A DNA stretch of 64,000 nt from the human T2T-CHM13v2.0 reference genome, Homo sapiens, in assembly GCF_009914755.1 (NCBI RefSeq), contig NC_060925.1; one strand, 5' to 3'. The position numbers and the translations under genes are program-made. The notes beneath the pieces are model-generated. The model had not been told where the DNA came from, searched no databases, and was given only the letters and a program-made list of their open reading frames with translations. Positions 51,076 through 64,000 of this stretch are shown here, in pieces; position 1 is the stretch's first letter; each line of letters opens with the position of its first letter.

Positions 51076-51417
51076 GCTGGTTCTCCCAGACGTTCCCTGC
51101 AGGCTGTTTATGCAGCGCCCATCCGAGATGAACCCACAGGACACTCAGGATCCCAGACTGCAGGAGTCGTCTGGGATCACAGGCGGGGCAGAGCAATTTG
51201 TCAATGTTTATGAGGAGTCCTCCTTGGCAGCCCAGTCTTTATCCTCACTCACGTGGAAATGAGATTCGACCTCTCCTAATCACCTGGTGCCCGAGGAGCA
51301 GGTAGGCGCCTGTCCCAAGCCTGAGTTTCCTGGGAAATCTACATTTCAGCACAGATGGGTTCCCAGCAGCTTAGTGCTCTGGCTGTCCTTAGGTCACTGA
51401 ATCATTTCACCCGCTAG

Positions 51418-51600
<183 letters not shown>

Positions 51601-53253
51601 TAGAGACGGGGTTTCACCATGTTGGTCAGGCTGGTCTTGAACTCCTGACCTCAGGTGATCCGCCCACCTTGGTCTCCCGAAGTGCTGGCATTACAGACGT
51701 GAGCCACTGCGCCCGGCCTTGCCCACTGGTTTTATGAGAAAGAGACATGGGAGCCTTTTCCCCAGCTGGGGCAATCATCAGACAGTCACATGGAGTCACA
51801 GAACCATCTTGCAACAGCATCCCAAGACCTGGCCATTGGGCAGGATGTGGGACTTGTGAAAGGTCATAAATGACCCTTTGAATCAGTCTCCCTCTGCACA
51901 GGAAAAGCCCACCGCCCTGCGTTCACCTTTGCCCATCAGATAGGGCTTGGGGGGCACCTGAGGAGGAGGTGCCTGCCACTGCCTGTGGAGGAGGATGTTG
52001 GCGTTCCTATTTCACAAGCCCGGCTTGGAGAGCCAGCGGAGACCTTCTGCGCAGCTAGCTCTTGCACACACCCCTGCGGAGAAACTCTGCCTTCTTGCCT
52101 GGGGCCCAGAACCTTACCCACCCAGGCTTGCCCCCTCCCTTCCAGGGCCCACTGACCTCCTGACTCAGGCTCCCCCGAGTGCCTGACCCTGTGAGTCACT
52201 GGCCCATCTACAATCCTTCTCCCCGTGACTGCTTGAGTTGTAGCTTGATTGGAGCCAGGTCAATGCAAGTCACAGAACTGCGAACTGAGATGGACTCTCA
52301 GAAGCAAGAGGTGGCAAGCATGGCGGAGAGGAAGCGAGGGTCCTCCTGGCTGGTTAGATCTTACAGAGTTTAAGCTGTACTGAGAGTTTTTATGAGGACA
52401 AGGGGCCAGTCCTGTGCCTGCCTGATGTGGAGTCCTAGGCGGGCTTGGGCCGCAGGTTACCTGCTCCCGGAGGCTCACAAAGGCAGTGCCAACAGGCGCT
52501 CATTCTCAGCAATGGGTGAAAGTAAGAGGAACCTGCCCTCCCTCCTCTCCACACCTCCCCAGTATTTGTCCTCATGGAGTAAATATCCAACAGTGATCCC
52601 AGGGCATGGGAGTGGGAGTTAAGGCAAATGCCAGACTGTCCAAGGCTCATTACAGGGTAGTCCTCTCATCCTCTGCTCACTAGTCCACTATATTCAGTGA
52701 GCACCCACTGTGCACCCTGTGCCTTGGGGACGTGGAGGCACGCTCAGCCCCAGCCTCGCCCTCCGGGAGCTTACAGTCTAACCCTCTGGGCACAGGGAGG
52801 TGGGAAGATGGCACGGCCTTGCTGGGAGCCTCACCCTGTTGGCTGAACAATGATTTTTTCAATAATGCCTACAGCTTCCTTCATATCCTGCCACCCAAAC
52901 CAGTGCCAAGGTCATCATGGGCTTGTGTGGCACAGTCAGATTTAGTGACCATCCCCACTCCCACATTGGTTCTGTCTTCTTGCCCCCGGTGCTCTGGTCC
53001 CTAGCACAGGCTGCTGATTTGGGGACTCGGGGGAGAATCCTCCACCTTCTGCAAATGCTTAGCCATGAAATGACGGGTGTTTGCCTGACTATGATTTCAT
53101 GAATCCCCCATGAAATGATGGGTGTTTGCCTGATTATGGGCCAACAGTGCCCCCCACTCCTCGTGGGCACTCCTGGGATCAGCAGCCCCTTCCTAGCCTT
53201 CACAGGGACTCTAGGCCTCCATGGAAAAGAAAGAAATAAAAAATTTTTTTTGA

Positions 53254-53361
<108 letters not shown>

Positions 53362-54318
53362 TAGCTGGCACATGCCACCACACCCGGCTAATTTTTGTAT
53401 TTTTAGTAGAGACGGGGTTTCACCATATTGGCTAAGCTGGTCTCGAACTCCTGACCTCAGGTGATCCACCCGCCTTGGCCTCCCAAAGTGCTGGGATTAC
53501 AGGCGTGAGCCACCGCGCCCGCCCAGAAAGAAAAATCTTAACAAGTTGCTTCCAGTAACCAGTCTCAATGAGTAGCAGGGAGTAGTTTGCAAGAAAAAAA
53601 AACAAGTGAAGATGTTTCCCATTCTTTAACCTGCTCCATCCCTCAAATTCCTGCTGCTCCATGGCAGGGGCCCTGCTCACCCCACATTGGCACAGACTCT
53701 GCTGGAGTCAGATCCTCCAAAGCCACAAGCTTCCTTGAGGCCACGGGGCCGCCTCATTCTTGTTCTGCCCCTTCCTCACACTGAAAGACTGCATAGCCTG
53801 GGGTGCAATGCCCAGGTGTGAAATTGATGCTCGGGAAAACAAATCCTTCCCAAAGTCACTTAAGGAATCCCCCAGCCCCACCGCACAGACCCCTGGATGT
53901 ATACTGCCCCTATAATTCTGCTCTAGGCAGAAAAGCCTAGGAGTGGAGGTGACAGCTCCCAGCATATGCACCCTTTTGCTCTGCTCTGCTGCCCTGTAGA
54001 GCCCTGGAAGTGACCAGAGCCCTTAGGCTACTGCTGCTGCATGCCCAGAGGGTCCCAAGCAGAGCTGGGCAGGAGGTAGGCCCAGGCAGGGCTGGGAGAG
54101 CAGTGACCAGGCAGGGTGCACGGCTGCACTTTGCCCAGGTCCTGGCTCTGGCTCTGGTCTGGTGCCAGTGCTGGGGTGGGTGTGTCGGCTGCCCACGCAG
54201 CTGCGGGGTCCAGTTCCAGAACTATCTCCACCAGCTGGGATGGGGGGCTTCTTCTTCACCCTGCTGCCTCTTGTCCTTTCTTCTCCAGCCAAGTTGGGGG
54301 TGAAGCAGGGACGCTCCT

Positions 54319-54324
54319 TTTATT
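54319..54324 (-). terminator. HES2: Proximal AATAAA ~190 nt downstream of the HES2 stop
   Basis: TTTATT on the plus strand; downstream GU-rich element is weak. Confidence 0.45.
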
Positions 54325-54513
54325 CCCTGAGCCGAGCCCCAGCCCCAGGGCTTTCAGTCTGCCACGCCAGTCACAAACAGCCGGCTTCCGGCCTGGGTGT
54401 GGGTACTGGGCTGGCCCCTAATGATGGGAACAGCAGCCGCCACCAAGAGCTTCAACCTGTCCAGTGCCCCAAGGTCCCAAGCAGTCGGCAGGGTCTGTGG
54501 ATCGGCCGAGGGG

Positions 54514-54794
54514 CTACCACGGCCGCCAGAGGCCAGGGCCGCAGGGAGGCGAGGGCGGCGAGGGCACCGGAGCGGATGCGGGCTCTGGGGCAGACGCGGG
54601 CGCTGGGGCGGGGGCAGACGGGCCACTGGAATCCCCAGCGCGCCCGCCGTCCAGGGTGGCGCTGGCCGCTCTCCGCCACAGGTGCTCCAGCAGGCGCGCG
54701 CTCACGGCGGGCTCCAGGACACGGCAGGCGGGCAGCACGCGGGCCAGGCGCGCCACACAGGCGCTGTAGCCCTCGCGGTAGCTGTCGCAAGGCA
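54514..54794 (-). CDS. HES2: HES2 exon 4 (Orange domain, Pro/Ala-rich tail, WRPW)
   Basis: Acceptor CAG|TG at 54795; (L)PCDSYREGYSACVARLARVL...GPGLWRPW*, TAG at 54516-54514. Confidence 0.97.
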
Positions 54795-54881
54795 CTGCGG
54801 GCGGAGAGCCGCGTGAGGCGCGGGGTAGGGTGCCGGGTGCGGGGTGCAGAGCGCGCGGCAGGGCAGGGAGGGCTCACTCAC

Positions 54882-54981
54882 GGGGCGCTGCCGTGGGCCA
54901 TGAGGACGCAGGCAGCTCCTGCAGGAAGCGCACGGTCATTTCCAGGACGTCTGCCTTCTCTAGCTTCGAGCAGTTGGAGTT
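54882..54981 (-). CDS. HES2: HES2 exon 3 (bHLH helix 2)
   Basis: CAG|AAC acceptor; NSNCSKLEKADVLEMTVRFLQELPASSWPTAAP + 1 nt; donor C|GTGAGT. Confidence 0.96.
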
Positions 54982-55247
54982 CTGCGCCCGGCCACGAGGA
55001 AGAGCGACAGAGAACCACCAAGACAGAACTTTGGCCGGCTACCGTGCGCACCCTCGCTCTAGTCGGGAGCTGGGTGTGGGGCGCGCCGTGGCCTGCTGGG
55101 GGTCCGCTCCGACGCGCCCACCCCACCCAGGCTCCGCCTCGGGCGCCGCGCGGAACCCCCTGGTGGGTTCCTCCCGCAGGAGCACCCCGTCCCCCTGCCC
55201 CCGCTCCGCGCCCCAGGACCCTCTGCCCTCCGCCCGGGCGCGCTCAC

Positions 55248-55343
55248 CTCCCGGCCCAGCAGCGGCAGGATGAGCCCCTTAAGCTGGCTCAGGCTCTGGT
55301 TGATGCGCGCGCGCCGGCGCTTCTCCAGCAGCGGCTTCAGGCT
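55248..55343 (-). CDS. HES2: HES2 exon 2 (basic region / helix 1)
   Basis: CAG|AGC acceptor; SLKPLLEKRRRARINQSLSQLKGLILPLLGRE (96 nt); donor GAG|GTGAGC. Confidence 0.97.
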
Positions 55344-55416
55344 CTGCGGACGGGCGGCGCGGTGGTTAGACGGGTCCCCGGAGTCCCCAGCCCCGCCCCC
55401 AGTCCCCGGTACCCAC

Positions 55417-55461
55417 CTTGCGCAGCTCCGCCGCGTCCCCTGCCCGGCGAGGCAGCCCCAT
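55417..55461 (-). CDS. HES2: HES2 exon 1 coding part (hes family bHLH transcription factor 2; spliced total 173 aa)
   Basis: AGC ATG G context; MGLPRRAGDAAELRK; donor AAG|GTGGGT. Confidence 0.96.
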
Positions 55462-57732
55462 GCTCCGCGGGGAAGCGGTGGCAGCTGCGAGCCCCACGCA
55501 AAGGGAAACCGAGGTCCGAAATGAGGTCCCGGGCGCGGCCCGGGCTGGTGCCAGACGAGTGCGCGCCCCGCCCGCGGCCGAGCTTTAAGGGAGCGGCTCG
55601 CCCGCCCCGCCCCGCCCCGCGGAGTCCGGCCGCCCGCTGGTCCCACCTCCTGCCTTTGTTCCTGCGCAGGGTGGAGCCGGGAGGGGAGACCGCGACGCCC
55701 CCGGGGATCCCGCTCCCCGCCTTTGCGTCCTGTCTACCGCGGGGTGGCGGCCCCCAGTTTTCCCCGAGCACCTGCGGGAGAGTGGTAAAGGCGCCATCGG
55801 GGGCCTTCGCTGCGTGACCCCGAGGGCAGGAGGGCCAGGTGGGGCCAGGCCTTGCCTGACTGGAGCTACGGTCCCTCCTCTCCAATGCTGCCCTTCATTC
55901 ATTCCCCAGGCTCGGGTTCAGCGTCTTCTCTGAGCCCCGCCCTGGGCCGCAGCAGGGGACCCAGCGGTTACGGGAGCTCCCATGAGGGACAGCAGCGGGA
56001 GGGACTTGCACCCCCAGCTGCTTTATCGGGTGAAGGGCTGAGCTGGACGGGAAATCCGAGTTCCGGAGAAAGGTCGTGACTTGCTCCAGTCCTCGACGCT
56101 GGGAACAGGCCGAGCCTGGACAAGGGCCCCAGTCGCTGGACGCCCGGCTCTAAGGAGCCCGTAGAACCCTTCGGCGGCTTGCCTAGTTAAGAGTCTTTTG
56201 GTTACCCCACTCCAGGCTTTGGGTGGGGAAACGGAATCCTAGAGAAGCAGAGGCAGCCCTGGAGCCCTCGGAGCTCGTTTTCATTCCCACCGGCTAGGGG
56301 TCCGGGTTCTCGCCCGCAAGACAGTCAGGGCTCATGTGACGCGCGGGCAGGACAGTTTTGGGTGCGGGCCCCAGTGGCCCGCCCAGGACCGCCTTCGCGC
56401 CGCGTGGCCGTTGCTGCGGCAAACTGGCTGGCGTCCCCCGCCCATCTGCTCCGGGCTCCCCTCCCCCGACCGGCTGGCGGGGCAACGGCCACGCCCGCGA
56501 ACCACACTGCGAACTGCCGGGCAGAGAGATGACTGGAGGGATCCACAGAGCCAGCCAGGAGGAGTTCCCCTATGGGGCGGGGCCAAGGAGGGCTCTGTCC
56601 AGGGTGTTGGATGAACCCCCTGTCCCCCGAACCCCACTTCCGAGCTCCACCCCTGCCGCTAGCCCCACGTCTCCCTCCTTCAGGGTTCTCGCCGCAGGGT
56701 GGAAGAAGGCCAGCGAACACACTGAGGGGCCCGGAGAAGCCTGGGCCAGGGGAGCCCAGGCCACCCATACCTATCTGTGGCATGGGAAGGAATGTAGGCC
56801 ACCTTTCATGGACACTTACTGTGTGCCAAGCTCAGGGCTTAACGCTTTAAGGCTCGCTAACCTGCATTAACCCTCATAAAAGACCTAACAAGTAAGAATA
56901 AATCCTTCAACAGATTTGGCCCAGCAGGGCTTGGAGGAACCTGAGACCTTGTTCTCCGTGGTTGAGGCCAGTTTGACTCCATAGGCCTCCCCTAAGACAA
57001 TTAATTGTTCTTTAAGAGCTCAAAAAACTCTGTGGATCTTTTCCCTCTCATCCCCAGGCCAAGCGACTTAGCTTGGCTGACTCAGGTCTGCACCCACAAG
57101 TCCGCCTGCAGCATCTGCATCTTGGGGAGGGACTGACCCTAGCTCCTGGGAGAAAAAGGCTGAAGGAGGAGGCTCCCCTTAGAACATCCCCCTCCAGGTT
57201 TGCGGACCACCATTTGAAGACTGAATGGCAGGGGAGCAAACACCATTTCCATTGCCAGTTACCCCCAGTTAAAAATATTTCTTCCTCTACTCTCCCATTG
57301 GGTAAAGGACTTTAACCAAGTAACCCACAGTTCTCTTCAACTCAAGGATTTTCAGGTTTTGCTGGTTACTTGGAAGGAGTGGTCTGGAATCAGAGGAACG
57401 TTAAAGACAGCTAGGTGGGCAAATGTCGGGTGCAGGCTTTAGGGGAACTGGGACCACCTAGGATACAGTAAGGATACACTCCACCCCTGGTCCCTATTCT
57501 TGGGAAGTGCCCTGGCCCTTGGGTTGAGGAGAAACCTGGGGTGGGCTGGGGTGAGCCCAGCAGAGGGGTGAGAGAAGCCCTCCTGGGGAGAGAATCCCTA
57601 AGCTGATAGCTGGAGGGTGGGAGACTCTAGGGGTGCTGTGGGCAGAAGGAACCTTGGGTGGAGAGGAAAGAAGAGCCCAGAAGGCTCAGCCAGGGAGTGA
57701 AAGCTTTGCCACTTCCCATCTGTGTCATCTCA

Positions 57733-58448
<716 letters not shown>

Positions 58449-59261
58449 TCATAGCACCTCTGGATTAAATATCCATGTGAAGCATGGTGAGCACTTGGTG
58501 GGTGGTACAGATTTCATAAAAGTGCTACTGCTGCCGTGAGCTCCCTAGGGCTGCTGGGGAGGACCCAATTGGCCCGGTGGACATGGGAGAGCCCGGAGAG
58601 GACAGAAGCCTGGCAGGAAGGGCCTGGCTCACAGCCTGAGTTTGAGTCATGTCCCGAAAGGAGTCTGAGAGGTTGGTCAGCAGGGGTGGGTGCTCACATG
58701 TGGCACTAATGGAGATGTCATTAACAACAGTGGCAGGGGCTCAGGGGCATCTGCTCAGCCCACTGGAATAGCAATAAAGCATCACCTAGCCCTGGCCCAC
58801 AAAATCACAAAACCATGTGCTAGATGAGCTCGTCCATGACCAAGGTGGCCACCTTAGGAGTGGAGAACACAAATTGCAGGGCCTTTTGGAATGGAGGAGG
58901 CCCAGGGGAGGGGTGCCCAAGACAAGCCATTTTAGCACCTCCTCCCAACAGTACCCCTGCCACTTGCTGGCCTCACGGCACACCTGCCTCTGGGCACCCA
59001 GAGGAGGGCAGCGCCAGCCGCAGTGAGCCTGTTGCTTTGGCCACCAGCTCCAGCAGCGAGGCTGCGAGGAAATGACTCCTCCTTCCTTTTGTCTGCAAAC
59101 CACTGGGCAAGCGTCCCAGATTCCAGCGGCCACAGGTCCCATGGAGAGAGTGAGGGCGATCTGGCCTGGTGGAAGTCGTTGGAAACCCACCTGGCTAGGC
59201 ACAGCCCAGCAGCTCCAGTTACCTGGGCACCTGGGAGCGCGGGAGGCCATCACGCAGGTCG

Positions 59262-59275
59262 CCACTAGGTGGCAG
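59262..59275 (+). promoter_or_regulatory. CTCF consensus site
   Basis: CCACTAGGTGGCAG is an exact match to CCASYAGRKGGCRS. Confidence 0.65.
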
Positions 59276-59699
59276 GCCCAGGGAAAGGACCGGAGGCAGC
59301 TGCCGAGTTTAGCACTATGAGTTTAGCACTATGACTCCCACTGTTCCTGGAAGGGGCTTCCTTCATTCTACAGCATTTCCAGTGCTGACTGTGCCAGGCT
59401 GGGGCTGGGGCGGAGTGAAACCTTCAGCCCGGGGTGGGGCCAAGCCCCCACGGGACTCCAGAGGGGGTGGGTGTTGGGACAGGAAGGGCACAGGGTGCTT
59501 CAAGATCGCTGATAGGCCGCCTGCACTCCCACAGCCATGTAGCTCCCACCTTCTGTCAGCTTTTCCTCGCGTCCTTTGGGCACTAGCCGCTCCCACGGCT
59601 GGTGTTCAGTGGAGCCTGCAGGGTGGCTTGGCACACATTCGCTCTCCTGCCCGCGCCCTCTGGCACTTTCCTGAGCCCCTGCAGGGGTCTCAGCCCCCT

Positions 59700-61040
<1,341 letters not shown>

Positions 61041-63665
61041 TGAATGGGCTCCCTGGCTTGCCAGTACTGGGGCAGATGCCCTGGCGAGCCTGGGTGCTCC
61101 CTGGAAGCGCACCTGGGTGATGGGAGCCAGAAGGGAGGGGCCTCCGTGGGGCTTGTGGTTACTAGTGTGTACCGGGAGAAGCAAAGCACTGATCCTGTAG
61201 TCCTGGAAGTGGGTGGGACGTGAGGCCTGGGCAGCAGAGTCAGACGCCCGTGTCCTCCAGGACCGGATCTGAAAGGAGGCTGGGCAAAGTCCCACAGCCC
61301 ACCCGAGGCTGAGATTCAGGTGTCCCAGCCAGGGTGTGGGGGAAGGGTGATGAGCCGTGGTAAATGGGGGTCTCCCCATAACCCAGGCTGACCCCAGGAC
61401 ATCAGTGCTGTCAAGCTGTCAGCTGCTTCTCCAACCCAGGCTGATTCTTGCTGCCTCCAGACCCCACCTGGTCACTCTGAGCAGTGACCTCCAAGGGGAG
61501 TCCTGGCTGCTGAGAAGCAGGTAGCCAGGCAGCGGTGGGACAGTTCCAGGCACAGGGAACAAGAAGTGCAGAGCCCTGAGGCATGCACGCTCTTGTCCTG
61601 TCGGAGGGCCAGCCTCAGGCATCATGTTCAGAGTGGGTGAGGAAGGGAAAAGCTGCCAGGGCCAGGCCAGAGAGTATCATAGGCCGAGGTTAGGGATTTG
61701 GATGAAATTCTGGGTGTGGGGGCAGCCATGGGAGGGAGGAACCACAACCGATTTCCACTTAGACCACTGGGTGACCTGGAGATGGAAGGGGAGGAGTCAG
61801 GGTAACTCTAAACTGGCTTACTATGCCCCAAAGATGGCCAGGCCAACCCCACCTTCTGCCTTCAGATAGCAAGCCCCTCTTCCCACCCTTCCTGGGAGAT
61901 GGCCCACCTGCTATCTCTCAGTGGGCCCTGTTACCAGGGCTTCCTGGCCAAGTGGCCCATGCCCACTCTTTTGGGCGGTGGCATGCCTCCCAGATCCAGT
62001 GTCCAGCCCTGGCCAGAAGCCTCTCTGGCCAGTGCAGAGGAGCTGGGAGAAGCAGGTGGCCTTGGGCCCAGCTTATCGTCTCCTGCCCTCTGGGCTGGGC
62101 AGGCTTGGGTGTGGGGGGAGAAAGTGTGGGGGGGATGACCTGGATCCTTGGGCTTGCCCAGCCCAGAGAGATAAGCTGCTTTAGGGTGTGGTCCACCACG
62201 CACGAGGCTCCTGGGGCCTGGACACCTGGACAGCCTGGACAGGCACAGGCCAGAGCCCACAGGCCTGTGGCCCTCTCCTTACAGTTTCCACCACTTAGAG
62301 GCCCAGAGCCAGTGGGACCCCTGGAGCTTCAGACCCACAGTCCCCAAGGCCAATAGGAAGGGAGCGCCTTTCTCAGGAGCTGGGGCTTAGGTCACATTTC
62401 ACCATGGTTCTGCCTGGGTGCCCGCTAGCCAGCCCCGACCTTTGGGCTCGGAGGGGACAGACTGAACCAGTCTCTGGCCCCCCCACTCCCAGCTTTCTAG
62501 CACACAGGAGGGGCCTCGGTGTTGTCCTCAGCTTCCTATGGGCCATCACATTCTCTGCCCCATCTTCCTCCCTGCCTCCTTAGCAGGACAGCCAGACAAT
62601 TGCCCCCACCCCGCAGGCTGCCTGAAGACCCTACTAGTGGCCCCGGCGCCCCCAGCTCCCTCCGTGCCCTCTTTTCCTTGCATTTCTCACGGGAGCCTCA
62701 GAGGTTCTCTTCCCACCGTGATTTGACTTCCTGAGGCCTGGGGTCTCTTGCCAGCTCCTGCCGCCTCTGCCAGTCTGTAACCACAGTGCCCTCTCTCTGG
62801 GCAAGGCGGGGCAGAGAGGCTTTACTCCCTGATCCTAGTGAAGTGTGTCCACTGCATCCTGCACCCAGAACCCTGCCCACCCCTCTGTCATCCTATGTGC
62901 TTGGTGCTGGGAGGTGGTTCTGTTCCCGAACCAGTACCCACTCTGCCAAGTGCGGCAGCCTCTGTGTCTAGATGTTCCCGGGAATTCTCCTCCCAGCACA
63001 GGTCCTGTAAGCACTCCCCTCCAGCCCCTTTCTCAGCAGACACACACAATGGGGTGTGCACTGATGACACATTCAGCAGTTCTGGGCCCAGACCTCTGGC
63101 CCCACCTGCTCTGAGGTCCCCGGGGGGAGTTTTGTCCAAGCCCTCCCAGAGGCCACCACTAGCCTGCACCTAGCACCCCTGGCTGACTGCCCCGGACCCG
63201 CCCACCAGTACCCAGCAACTTCCACCTCCACAGGGGCGAGAACACAGGCTGCTCCTGTGGCTGGGCACTGGCGAGTCTGCTGGGGGAGGGGCCGGTTTTC
63301 TGCACTGAGGTTGGGTTCCTGGAGGCGTACCAAGGTGGAGGTCTCTGTTCCCACGTGACACCGAGGAAGGGTGGAGAGATCGGGGGCAAGTGTTGGATGC
63401 AGGGGGTGACCCCCAATCCTGATGCTAGCTTGGTACAGCCCCACAGCCCCCCTTCCTGGCCCTGCTCAGCCCAGTAACCCTGTGTCACTCCTTCAGGCAT
63501 TCCCTGAGTCCCTGGGAGTCAGGGCTGTGGCCCTGGGCCTGGTGCCAGTCTCCTGCCGTGACAACCAGGTGCCTGTCGTGTAGGCAGCTCGCAGTCAGGA
63601 CCTGCAGCCTCTGAAAACCCTGCACGGTGCTGCCTATTGGCTACGGTTCAGAGAGGGCCAGTTAG

Positions 63666-64000
<335 letters not shown>

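Larger units (their letters stand above)
54480..56600. promoter_or_regulatory. HES2: CpG island covering HES2 and its promoter; tandem GC boxes 55601-55620 and TATA-like CTTAAA ~55589-55584 (minus)
   Basis: High CpG density; minus-strand GCGGGGCGGGGCGGGGCGGG..CCCTTAAAGC ~125 nt upstream of the ATG. Confidence 0.85.

Noticed and set aside
54162-55817. 551-aa plus-strand ORF antisense to HES2
   Set aside because: Non-ATG start, low-complexity Arg/Pro/Gly/Ala composition, no domain; expected from stop-codon scarcity in a CpG island.
55560-55900. Notch/RBPJ paired site in the HES2 proximal promoter
   Set aside because: No TGGGAA on either strand here; only scattered single cores further upstream.

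Overview
This is human genomic DNA, which I recognise from its protein sequences as the ACOT7-HES2-ESPN interval on chr1p36.31. On the minus strand are two alternative first coding exons of ACOT7 (28898-29040, cytosolic type, in a CpG island; 21135-21307, mitochondrial-presequence type) and the complete 4-exon HES2 gene (CDS 55461->54514, 173 aa, bHLH-Orange-WRPW). On the plus strand, head-to-head with HES2, are ESPN exon 1 (60597-60890) and the start of exon 2 (63867->window end). The first ~50 kb is very Alu-dense and holds nested older elements: a full-length Tigger1 split over 8.6 kb, MER52, MST and LTR12C LTRs, L1M/L2/MIR fragments and an ERVL pro-pol fossil. I found no evidence of a wholly new gene or multi-gene system; most ORFs in the track are Alu-derived or CpG-island artefacts. 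The most interesting signals are regulatory. HES2's distal 3' ends appear to be built from DNA-transposon fossils: a poly(A) signal in a Tigger1 end, and an exonised hAT-type element giving a 76-aa isoform without WRPW. There is also a co-oriented LTR12C just upstream of ACOT7, a possible shared HES2/ESPN bidirectional promoter, an in-frame ESPN uORF and a candidate ancient L1 3' transduction. Repeat subfamily names come from remembered consensus sequences and need RepeatMasker/Dfam confirmation.
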